From: Takakia lepidozioides
Taxonomy: Eukaryota > Plantae > Bryophyta
DNA length: 64,000 nucleotides
Assembly: GCA_030704615.1 (NCBI GenBank)
Contig: CM060732.1
Span: 42,966,001-43,030,000, forward strand
Direction of reading: 5' to 3'
Position numbers and translations under genes: made by a program
Notes under the pieces: model-generated
What the model was told of the DNA's origin: nothing
Seen by the model: only the letters and a program-made list of their open reading frames with translations
The model's database searches: none
In this document: positions 12,132 to 23,065 of the stretch, one piece after another
Numbering within the stretch: the stretch's first letter is position 1
How the letters are laid out: the number at the start of each line of letters is the position of its first letter

Positions 12132-14101
12132 GTCGCTCCCAGGTGTTTCCCTTTTAGAAAATTAAAAAAAAACGGTTATCTGGAACCCTTCTTATAGATG
12201 GATGGTAAATGGCTTCAAACATAAACAAGTCGGATCCCCCCTGTGGACGGCAATTTGGCAGGCATGGGCCAAGCTCAGGCCCTATCTTACAAAATCAGAC
12301 CCGGAATCGTACGAAGAAACCCTCCGCCAATCCCTGTTTCTCAATACCAATATCCCACATACAGATCACAAAAATCAGGCTCGCAAATGGTCTGCTTGGG
12401 AGGTACATGGCATTCATAAGGTCAAACACATCTGGTCGAATGCCAGCTTCCGGTCTAAAGATCAAATTGCAGCCTCCGTAGGTGCAGCCAGAGCCACCAA
12501 ATAATACGATACCATTCTCCGATCAGTGTCAGCACGGTGGCTACCTAACCTTATTAAAGGCCCAGTAATGCCCAATGACACTTTCTGGACACTGGGAATA
12601 ATCAACAACACTATTACCATTCTGTTTGTCACCGGAAAAACCGAATACCAATTCTCCGGACATCACTTTCACTGCGAAGTGAACTCCATGAGGCTTACCC
12701 TTCAAAACCGTCAACCCCTACCCACCCCTCGTTTCACCCACACCCCCATAAGGGTCTGCTGGTGGTCATCCCCAGCTAAGGACATGAACCCTCTACCACC
12801 GCTCACCACTTCCCTGATTAGCTGGCTGGCCAGTCAAACATTTGTTTGGATTGGTGGGAGACCCCTACAGGATCTGGACATGGATCCCAAAGAGTGACAG
12901 TGGAATTTCAGGCCATCCCCCAAGCCATTCTTTGAGTACACAACCAAAAAAGCATACTCGGCAATGCTGAACCCCCAGCCCCTATTGGGTAAATGGAACG
13001 AGAGATGGAGTCACCTGAACTTCCAGATTTGAAAACTGGAAATCCATCTGGGGGACGATTTGGAACAAAACAAGACCAGCCAAGAAAGCAGCGTTTCTCT
13101 AGCAAATAGCAAACAGGGCAATAAAAGTGGGGGAATGGTTGGGATTTGATGCTGCCCTCCTTTGCAAATGCTGTTCGGCTGCCCTAATGGAAACAGTAGA
13201 GCACTGCTTGCTCCACTGTCACGGACCAGCAGCAGCTTGGCCCCTCGTCGCAAGCTTCTACAGAACCTGGGGGCACATAAACCTCACATCGACGACCATT
13301 CTGCTGAATTATGACCTAGCAACAAAAACCAAACCCAATCACTGCCCAGTTTACGATACTCTTAGAAGCGCTACGCTCTGGCACCTCTGGAAAATCAGAT
13401 GCGAAAAAACTTTCAATGCAAAAACAACTAGAACTTCCTCACTCCTCGCAAAAATCTACATGGACATGCAAATTGAAGCTAGGAAAGCGTGGAAAAACTA
13501 TGTGCAGATATCGAGAGAGCACGATTGGACCAACAAGCTTCCCAGCTTCACTCTACTTTCATTGCGACCTGGGGGCGGAATGGGATTATCTGCAACAGCC
13601 CCAATCCCGATCGCTGCGACTGGAACAAACTGCCCCCAAGGACTTGGAGAGACGCCACGGGTACCGTCCACAGCCTCGCCGGAGTTTGACAGGGATATCA
13701 AGTGGAAGCACATTAAGCAATCATCAAAGGCCTCCAGGCTTAGCTTCCGCTAGGTCCGTCGGGCAAGCAATCCGCTGGAGCAGGCCTAACCGTAGCTAGT
13801 TTTTGACTCTAGCAGCTATGGTTTTGAGAAACATACATTATCGAATCCGGTGGGATCAAAACCACTTAGCAGCATTACGCAAAAAGGCCTAAGGCCTCAG
13901 GCCGGACAGTTCGTTATTACTCATCATGAGTGGTTAGGCTCCAATTCACTGACTACGGTGTGTGTGCCTTATGGCGTAATCAGAGGGTTTAATTTTTTCC
14001 CTCCCAATAACCATCAATGTAAGGACCTCGCCCACCAAAAATATTTCAGAATAAAGTTAACCAGGGCTCCAACCCTGTTAACCCAAAAAAAAAGAAAAAA
14101 G
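12132..14101 (+). mobile_element. 5'-truncated L1-clade LINE (C-terminal ORF2 with zf-RVT), degenerate
   Basis: SPLWTAIWQAWAKLRP..., GEWLGFDAALLCKCCSAALMETVEHCLLHC..AW and LRSATLWHLWKIRCEKTF (zf-RVT-type), with stops and frameshifts. AATAAA near 14050, A-rich tail 14085-14100, and candidate 14-bp TSD aaaactgagggtct at 12118-12131 and 14102-14115. Confidence 0.85.
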
Positions 14102-15810
14102 AAAACTGAGGGTCTATTAAAATTCAGACATGGCCGTGACTGAGAACACCAGAGAGACGATTTCAAGTCTCCACAGGGCCAAAATCCCTGTAAAAACTCA
14201 TATGACACCCTCCGACGACTAATCCGAGAACACCGTCTGGAGCATATTGTGAGTTCCTAAACTTATTAGTAGGCACGAGACGGTAATGGGAGGTGCGAGA
14301 AGCAACCGCTCATTCCCGTGGCCCCTATCACATGTCAGGCACCTTGGATGCCCCAGAAGGGAACAGAGAACGTTACTGTTTTTCTATAGTACCCTTCATG
14401 GGAACTTCAAAGGAATTCTGACGTTTACTACCTCTCTGGATCATTGGGAACAGTTGTGTGAATTCATAAAAAACATGGGGTTCATGTTGTGTTCATGGGG
14501 TGAGATTCATCAGATGGTGGATAGTTGACTAGTATGTACGGAGGGTGGCAGTGTTGGTCGGGAATAAGGCCCTTTTCTCACGAGCGGCAGTGGAAGAGAG
14601 CCTCTCACACCCCTACTTCCACCCACTTTTCCAATGAAAAATGACACATAGGCAAGGGTGGATGTTGCAGCCGACACAGAGTGGAAGTTGATAGACATTC
14701 CATGGGTGATATTCAATCGTGGAGTGGCCACTGCTTGCCAATACCACTGCTGAAGTGAGTGTCAACCGGTGTTGGGCGGGTATGACAATTTGGGTCAAAA
14801 ATATTCTTACATCCATCGATATCCTGAAGTAGTGAAGAACCACAAATTTGGTATTAATTATGGAATAATTTTCATATTAAATTAAGACCCCACGAGGAAT
14901 ATTTGGGTGCCCGGAAATTATTAATTAATTGCTAGGGGTTGATCACTGATTAGTTGATAGTAAAGTAACTAATTAACTTGGTTGACTAGTAAGTAGTAAA
15001 TAGTGGGATTACGGTTGAGTAGTAAGTGTCATCCGTCAGGTACCGACGGAATATAAAAAGGTGGCAGTAACTGCAATCATCATTATTTTCAAACCCTAAC
15101 CGTGCTTGGGGGCTGCTACTAACTAGAGATGGATAGATGATTCATTGTAAGTCTCTGAATGCATGGATGATAAATGGATGGAGATCAGTTATATTTAGAT
15201 TTTTAGGCTTCAACGTAAACCATTCATTCATTGAACTAGGCATCCAATATTTAGGGCTCTGATTTCTTTTACTTTTTCTTTTCTTTTTTCTGTTTCTGTT
15301 AGGTGATTTCAATTTTACGACATCCGCGCTTCTTTTTTGTTTTTCTGGAAAACTGGACAACCATTTCGAGCACGAATGAGTGAGTTAGTCTGAACCACTA
15401 ATTGAATTGAATCTCTTGTAGCCTAAGCCTGTTTACAATTGATCTGTGACCTAATTTCAATTTCTTCAACATCAAGTTTGACTAATGATGACGGGATAGA
15501 TAATAATTAGGCTTTCTTGAAACCCAATATTCACTGAATTTGTGGACACTTTACTACTTTTGTTTTTAAAGAAAAGAGGGTCTTCTTCTTTTTCTTTTTT
15601 TAAGGGAAAAAAAAATATGTGGACACTACTATAGTGCACAACAGCAGCTATGTTTATCAGTATGTTATTTAAGGCCTTGGCTCAGTCACTATATAAACTA
15701 AGTCTTCGGAGCGGCTTACCAACAACTTGTGTGTGCGTCTGTGTGATCTTGCCATAGGTTTGGGAAGGGAGGAAGAGGTTTAGGTCCAGCTAAAGGATTG
15801 ATTGCTTGCA

Positions 15811-16250
15811 ATGAAGACTGTGCAACGAATTCGTATGGTTCCTTGTTCCTTCCTTCTTGTTTCTGATTTTGTTAGTAGGGAGTGTGCAAGCTGCAAGTGA
15901 AGGTGTTGGGAACAAGCATGATTCAGAGGGTGTAGTGCTAGGTGATTTGGACCTCAACAACAAACCTAGTGATTCTAGTCCTTTGAGTAGTTTTGGGCCT
16001 TCTGTTGGTCGTGTTCTTGGAGCCCTAGGAAGTCCTCTAGGGCCCGTTGGTGATGGTTCTCAGAGTAGAAATCCAAGCGATGAAGGAATTCCTGATGGAG
16101 GTATTGGCAATAACCTCAATAGTAGTGAAAAGAGTCATGGAAGTTTTGGACATGTCGGAGATTATCCCAATATTGGGGGCCTCGGTCCAGGATTTCCAAG
16201 TGGTGGCCTTCCAGGTAGTTCATGCGAGAGTTGCTCGTCACAACCTCAAA
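15811..16250 (+). pseudogene. Probable secreted Gly/Ser/Pro-rich protein gene, frameshifted and truncated by a repeat
   Basis: TATAAA near 15692 and ATG at 15811 (MKTVQRIRMVPCSFL). After a +1 shift it continues LFLILLVGSVQAASEG (signal-peptide-like), then G/S/P-rich sequence up to the CACTA-like repeat. Confidence 0.4.
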
Positions 16251-16291
16251 GCGACACTCCTCGCGTCGCTCACATGTTTTCATGCACCCTC

Positions 16292-16701
16292 TACTACAGA
16301 AACCAAAAAATGATCAAAGTCATTTTTAGCGACGCCTCAGATGTTGCTACAAATGACTTATCCAAGAAAAACAACTCGGAAGCGACGCCCAGGGAGTTGC
16401 ATTTAAAATGTGACGTTTTTTTTTTTTTTTTTTTGTTTCTCCCAGGGTGCTTGAAGCGACGCCCTAGGCGTCGCACCTGGGGTCGACCCCAAGTGCGTCG
16501 CACCTGGGTTGCGACATTTTTTTCTTATTTTAGTCCATTGCGACGCAATGGAGGACTTGGCCAAAATCCACAAAAACGTGGATTTTGGCAGTATATCGGC
16601 GATGCCCTAGGCGTCGCAAGATGGGGACGCGGCAGGGGCGTCACGCGGGAGAGGTGCCACGTGGGGGTAGGCGTCACTAACCCTTCCCTTTTCTTGTAAT
16701 G
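16292..16701. mobile_element. Non-autonomous CACTA-like element remnant
   Basis: Ends tactacagaaa (16292) and ttttcttgtaatg (16701) are degenerate CACTACAAGAAA TIRs. The interior has many gcgacgcc/ggcgtcgc subterminal repeats in both orientations. No TSD match. Confidence 0.55.
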
Positions 16702-17531
16702 AATCATCATACGATGCAACCCTTAAACCTAAGGCTCGCATCTGTACCGAACCCGCTATTGAATGTCAGGGAAAGAGTGAAATGCCAGTTTTGAACATCA
16801 TTTGTGAAGGAAGGGATCCGTCGCCAGATGGAGAGGAAAGTGATGAAGAAGGATATCCTGGAATATTAGCTGTTGTGAATAGGAAAGACAGTAGGACGGA
16901 TGCCTATGAGGTCAACACTATGCTCAATCAGCCAGGCACACTGGGAGCCAAGGCAAGAAGCAAGCTTCCATGTTGAGGAGTCCGCTTCAAAATCCAGGCA
17001 TGATGTTGGTACAGTTCATCTTACCATGTCAGGCTGTATATATAAACATTTGACTGGAATGAAAGGGTGATTCAATTGTTTGACTTCTCTGCTGCCATCT
17101 CATGATCTTTTTTCTGCTGCTCAAGTGGATGAAGATTTGGTGTCTTTTAGAGTTGCTGCTCTTTCATAGGTAACCTCATCCTGGTGGTGTCTGCCTTAGT
17201 AAGGACTTGCTTTAATGGTGGGGTCTTGTTCAAGATCATTGTCATTTGCCTTCCAGACAATTTTGGCTTATTTTTAAATTTGAGAGTTATTGTGGCTGGT
17301 TTTGACCTCAATCTGGTATTGGGTGTCAAGGTATTGTATTGAAGAGAATATCACTACAACTCGAGTGCCAAAAACAAAGTGGAGTCTTGCCAAAGCAAAC
17401 GTAGATCGTGGTGTCTCTTCACCCCGAAGGTGTACTGCCATATCTTTCGCATTACAAGAGAAGTTGGGCTTTGGCAAATTATTCAAGAGGTAGTCCATTG
17501 ATCTTCAAACCATTGCTATTGCATGACATAA

Positions 17532-17711
17532 GCCAATAGTATTACAGCATTTGTTGAGGATTTGGCTCGGATAGAACAAGCCAAGATGGAGATGCATAAG
17601 GACTTGGAGCGGCAACCCACTGAAGCTGACCTTAGACGCACTGAAATGTTGCTCAATAATCAGTTGGAAATTGCAAAGCTTGTTGCTAGAAGTCGCAAGC
17701 GTAAGGCGTAG
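17532..17711 (+). pseudogene. Trihelix-type C-terminal coiled-coil fragment
   Basis: ANSITAFVEDLARIEQAKMEMHKDLERQPTEADLRRTEMLLNNQLEIAKLVARSRKRKA* resembles the SIP1-clade trihelix C-terminal coiled coil. A stop codon lies immediately upstream. Confidence 0.6.
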
Positions 17712-18552
17712 TCATAATCATCTTCTTCTTAGTCCGATTAAGGTGAGACAATGCACTATTGCTAATGATGCATGCATGTGCGTGGTGTTGTTTCTTGCAT
17801 CAAGTTGTCAGTAGAGTAAAGAATGTTCAGAAGGGAATCTGGGAGACTAGAATCAACGGGGAATCAACATCTCCTACAAACTTTGGGCATGTTCCAACTC
17901 AACTCATTAAAACTGTGACAACCCTAGGCAAGATACATTTTTTGTCTCTTCTTCCTTATGTCTGGCTTTGGGATTGAAGATGGGTGCAATGATCAAGATG
18001 CTATGGCAAGTAAACTTCTTGAGTAGATCTCAATCTGTCTGTCTTCCTCTCTGCCAGTCTTTGTGGCTTATTTCATGAGCTTGTTGCATCTAACTCGTTT
18101 GTTGGGATTCATCTAGTTTGGGATCCTTTTGCAATACTGTTATCCTACATTTCCACTGGTGATTTGGACACTGATGTGCTTATGTCATGTAGAGTCCTTG
18201 TTTTAATGGCCTTGTAGTGATGCACTCACATGGATGTGGATGGGATTGCCAGGGGGGCACTTTGCCGGATCCCAAAGAAACTAAAAATGGAGAGACCCTA
18301 GGATTTACAAGTGCAAGTGCTTTTGGGACGAGAGAAGAAGAGAGCAGCTATATTCAGCTCAGTTATTTCCCTCCCATTCCAGTCTTCAACTAGAGAGGTT
18401 CGCATGTCGAACTAAATCGAAATGGTTCCAGTATCAACAAAGAAACAAAAGCAGTTTGTCGTGCACCTAAACATCGTGCTACAACATACATCCAAGCACA
18501 TCTTTGAGGCACTCACGCAGAAGTGTTGATAGATTTTAGTGCTAGTACCCCT

Positions 18553-20014
18553 AGGGGCTCCTCTCCTTGCCTTAGATGCTTCAATAAACCTATCATGGTA
18601 AATTTAGTCATGGTTAACTAGAATTACCTACTTCTAGTTAACTAGGACATTTTGGATATTTGTATTGGTATTTTGTGTGGTGGGACTTCATTTGGTCTCA
18701 CATGCCAAGTGAGGTGTCAAGCCTCACTTGGGACATGGAGATGGGTTTTCCCCTTGTGAGGGTTGAGGACGGCTCATCTTCTTGTAGTGAAAATGAAAGT
18801 GAACACAATGGAAACACTCTTCTTAAGCCTTGATCATTCAAGCTCCCTTCACTTGCTAGCTTAAGAGCCATTCTTTTCAAGCTTGAAAGGGCAAAGCTCA
18901 AGCCAAAAGCATGCTCCACACATGCATCACCTCATACACAAGGGAATCAACTTGCTCCCTTCACCTTCTACCTCTCCTCAAGCTTGAAGTTGAGAGCCAC
19001 ACTTGGGAATCATGCTTGAATGATGATCTCTCTTCAAGGACTTCCCACAATTTGTTCTCCAATTAGCTCTTCCAATGCCCTAAGCTTAATGGCTACACAC
19101 CACCATCATTGAAAGATTCCTCCACGTCATGCTTCCCTTCTAACCTCTTGAGCTTCCTAATGCTCTCCAAGTGTTTGCTCTTGTTGTCTTCAAGCCTAAG
19201 CCTATGTAGCTCCTTGGCTTCTCTTCCACATTTTGAACTTGTTTAACCCTAGATTGATAAAGAAATGAGCACTAACAATCCTTTAGTTACTCTCCACATG
19301 CAATGGCCCCTATACCATTGACTCCATAATGCATAGAAATGATTCTCAAACCCTAGAATCCATGCTTCTACACGCACAAGACTTCCCTTTTGCAATCCTT
19401 GCAAATCTTGTGGCAAACAAGTTGGACTTCTTGAGCTCTCCAACAACTTGGAAACACCACGAGTATCTTCCCTTGCAACACCTTGCAAGCCTTGTGATAC
19501 AAGAGCTAAAATCTCCTAGCTCTCAACCTCTTTAAGATACAAGTGCAAAACTAATCCTTACACTCCGCACTCACAATCATAAGGTCATCTTCTTGTAGTG
19601 AAAATGAAAGTGAACACAATGGAAACACTCCACTCATGAATCCACTCAATCACATAAACTAAGTCAAGCCAATGGCACATTTGCTAAAAGAATCCACCCT
19701 ACAAAGCCCTCACCACACTCACTCTCAATACCTAGAGTTATGGAGGTGGAAGAGGCTCATGGAGGCTCAACTACAAGAAGATGAGTCCTCATCAACCCAC
19801 ACAAGGGGAAAACCTATCCCTATGTTGGGACTTCATTTGGTCTCACATGCCAAGTGAGGTGTCAAGCCTCACTTGGGACATGCTGGGACGTGCACAAAAT
19901 ACAAATATGAATATCCAAAATGTCCTAGTTAACTAGAAGTAGGTAATTCTAGTTAATCATGACTAAAACCATGTCAGGTTTATTGAAGCATTTAAGGCAA
20001 GGAAATGAGCCCCC
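18553..20014. mobile_element. Non-autonomous fold-back/MULE-like element with ~240-bp terminal inverted arms
   Basis: 18553-18680 is the diverged reverse complement of ~19890-20014, and 18740-18790 of ~19770-19820. Starts with a GGGG run. No coding capacity recognised; TSD not evident. Confidence 0.7.
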
Positions 20015-20015
20015 A

Positions 20016-20520
20016 AGTAGGGTAGTACACTAACCTGGTTTTTGGTATATGGTAAGAGTACTAATGGTTTAGGGTAATAAGTGTCAGGCTTAAGCTTAGG
20101 GTAAGGATTGAGGCCAGGGTAAAGGAATGGGTAAGGATTTAGGGTTTGGATTTAGGGTAGTTGAAAGGGACAAACAAATATAGAAGACTCACACATGGTA
20201 GTACAATAACTTGGTTTGGAGTGTAAGTAGGGTAGTACACTAACCTGGTTTTTGGTATATGGTAAGAGTAATGGTTTAAGGTAGTAAGTGTCAGGCTTAA
20301 TCTTAGGGTAAGGATTAAGGCCAGGGTAAGGGTTTAGGGTTTGGATTTATGCGAGTACACAAAGGTTTTTGGTATATGGTAAGAGTAATAGTTTAGGGTA
20401 CTAAGTGTCCGGCTTAAGCCTATGGAAGGGTTAAGGGAAGGGTAAAACGAAGGGTAAGGATTTAGAGGTGATGGTAAAGGTATAAATGGACAAACAAATA
20501 TAGAAGACTCGCACTCACTA
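20016..20520 (+). repeat. Degenerate tandem repeat (~210-bp period) rich in telomere-like TTTAGGG/GGGTAAGG motifs
   Basis: agtagggtagtacactaacctggtttttggtatatggtaagagta recurs at ~20016 and ~20226, and partially at ~20365. gacaaacaaatatagaagactc occurs twice. Confidence 0.75.
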
Positions 20521-20869
20521 GAACGAGACATTGCAAAAAAACATTTAGACCGGATTGGAAAAGAAAGAATCCAAGGGTTGTGCTAGCTTTTTTTTTTTGG
20601 GCGCATTGTCTGTTTTGTAAGCCAAAATCCCCCATGTCACGAATATATGTAGATGAACAGAATGTACAACAGTGCAAAGTCCAACACGGCAGAAAGAAAA
20701 TAGATGAACGTCCACTGCCCACTCGAGGTTCATTGCGACAGAAAAAAAAGACAGGAAACATCACCCAACGCAAACACGAAGGGAAAGAAGCGTAAAGAAA
20801 TTTTTAATGAAAGACCGGAAATAACCTCAACATTTAGTCCATGGATGGAAAATGGTTCGCAAGAAGGAA

Positions 20870-21259
20870 ACCTTCAGGTATCTGGCTGAAGATTAGCAAC
20901 CTCCAAATTCGCGCGCGCATCATTGCTTCCACCGCTGTAATTCTCTTGGTGTTATTTCTTGTCGTATTTTTTCGTGGCAGCATTGTCCACACGACATTGT
21001 TCACGTGGATCCATTGAGCAGGATCTGACGGGTTGTACTCCCAAACTTTTGACCAACAGTCCCTGTACCTCTCAAAGTCTGAGGAGTTACCTCCTTTCTT
21101 CGGTCTCCACCACTCCACCTTCACTTTCTTAAAATTAGGATCTTCCCTTTCTCGGATGACATCTGAAATTGCCATTCCCATCCAAACCAGGCACGTCGTT
21201 GGGTCATGAGGGCGAACGAGCACAAAAAACCCTTTCTCAATATCCTTGAATGGATTCAA
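20870..21259 (-). pseudogene. Truncated TE-associated ORF fragment with a BAH/SH3-like beta-barrel pattern
   Basis: NPFKDIEKGFFVLVRPHDPTTCLVWMGMAISDV...KVKVEWWRP...RYRDCWSKVWEY...QWIHVNNVVW. No ATG; the 5' side abuts a CACTA terminus at 21261. Confidence 0.45.
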
Positions 21260-21260
21260 G

Positions 21261-21610
21261 CACTACAACAGATTGCGGCTTTTACGACTCCCATGGGTGC
21301 GCAGTCATGACAGATTTGTGGCAGAAATGCCATTTGCAGTCGTAAAATGCTTTTGAAGTCATAATGCAGGTCTGGGGAAGGCGTATATGCGACTGCATGG
21401 CTCCGGACTCTGCGGAACACAGGTCAAACATGTTTGACCACGAATATTGGCATGGCAGATATGACTACCAGTCATGGTCATGGCTACACTAGAATGACGT
21501 GTGTATATTGCTAGAAAGACATATGACTTCATGACTCTCACTCTAATGCATTCTGCCAGATCATCACATGGATGAATCACTACATGACTGCACATGTCAA
21601 CACATGCTTT
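21261..21610 (+). mobile_element. CACTA transposon terminus (TIR plus subterminal repeats), truncated
   Basis: Begins cactacaacagatt and is followed by repeated atgact/agtcat/cgact motifs in both orientations. No matching opposite TIR seen. Confidence 0.6.
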
Positions 21611-22156
21611 TCTGGTTATATATATAATATATGAGTATTTATATTTTGAAAAAACGGAGACTCTGACCACTAGAATCAATTTAAAAAAAAAAAAAAAAAC
21701 ACATCGGCTGGTAAGTGCAGAGTGTGTCGCCCTGGTGGTTTGGGGTTCAAACCCGCTGCCTTATCCCGTGTGTGGGATTGTTCGTGACAATATGTCTGGG
21801 CGTTGATCGTCCTGTACGTCTTATGGCCCATAAATGAAGGCGGGTGAATTTTCCCCCCTCCTCAAGGACCTGTGGTTTCCTTTAAGAAAAGAAAAAAAAG
21901 AAAAGAAATCAAAGAGGGGCTTTTAGGGTTTACAAAAAGGTTAAAAAACTTAAAAAGTTGCCCATCACGGTAGCGTGAACAGACTTAGAGCGAGCGGGAG
22001 GGAGAGAGAGAGAGGGTTGGGACTTAGAGCGAGCGAGCGGGAGAGAGGGCAAACATGCATGGGAGGCCCGCAGTTGGATCAACCTTCGCATTTGGAGCAA
22101 GCAACCCTAGAAACGCTACGGTATGTGTGCGAGGAGGTTTCGGCTGGGAGCCCGCC

Positions 22157-23065
22157 GTTCTTGGGAGAGTCGGCTTCGTCTTAGCAGGCCGTGTTTCAAT
22201 CTCTACCCGCTCGGCCCTGATTTTACAGCACGGAGCAGAGCTGGCATGAGTTTCTAAAAGATCCTTCACGATGGTGGGACAACCGCAATCGCAAGGTGTG
22301 GCTTTTTCTTAATGTACGATGTGAAGAAGTTTGTCCATCCTGCAAATCTGGGTTGTTGGCTCCTGTTAGTACCATGATTTGGTATTCTTCCTGATGTTTA
22401 CAAGGTTCTTGGGAGAGTTAGCTTGGTCTTAGCAGGCCGTGTTTCAATCTCTGCCCACTTAGCTGCACCGTGGTGGTTCTCACTGACCAATCCGACATTA
22501 CCTGACTACAGAAACAAGCAGCACACTGAAGAGGTCCTCTTGGGTTCATGGTCAGTCAAATCCTCCATGGGCCATGACACAAGGTCGAGGACAATGTGGT
22601 GAGGGCACCTTCTTCTTCGACCTATTTCAGCCTGTTTTGCCCTCTCATCAGACTCGGCCCTTCATTTGCAGCACGGAGCAGAGTTGGCATGAGATTTTTA
22701 AAGATCCTTCACGATGGTGCGACAACCGCAATGGCAAGGTGTGGCTTTTCCTTAATGTACGATGTGAAGAAGTTTGTCCATCCTGCAAATGTGGGCTGTT
22801 GGCTCCTGTTAGTACCATGATTTGGTATTCTTCCTGATGTTTCAAGGTTCTTGGGAGAGTCAGCTTGGTCTTAGCAGGCCGTGTTTCAATCTCTGCCTGC
22901 TCATCTGCACCGTGCTGGTTCTCACAGACCAATCCGACATTACCTGACTACAAGACACAAGCAGCACACACAAGAGGTCCTTTGGGTTGATGGTCGGTCA
23001 AATCCTCTATGGGTTCTTCTTCGACCTATTTCAGCCTGTTTTGCCCTCTCATCAGACTCGGCCTT
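22157..23065 (+). repeat. ~440-bp tandem duplication carrying split OSB-type PDF-motif exons
   Basis: Exon 22229-22295 (TEQSWHEFLKDPSRWWDNRNRK|GT) is repeated at ~22671-22738 (WCDNRNGK). The second half, TNPTLPDY..HKQHTQEVLWVDGRSNPLWV, is at ~22486 and ~22928. gttcttgggagagt...gcaggccgtgtttcaatctct occurs 3 times. Confidence 0.8.

Noticed and set aside
10250-14790. CAGTGTTGG(G/T)CGGG termini at ~10460 (reverse) and ~14549/14768 as TIRs of one element
   Set aside because: They point away from each other and no TSD or partner end was found. At most they are separate MITE-like fragments.
20016-20520. True telomere, interstitial telomeric array, or CRISPR-like array
   Set aside because: TTTAGGG units are scattered and degenerate within longer tandem units. 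There is no repeat-spacer structure or cas gene, and the context is eukaryotic.
21700-21790. tRNA or tRNA-derived SINE (B-box-like GGTTCAAACCC)
   Set aside because: No convincing cloverleaf, A-box, tail or TSD could be established by eye.
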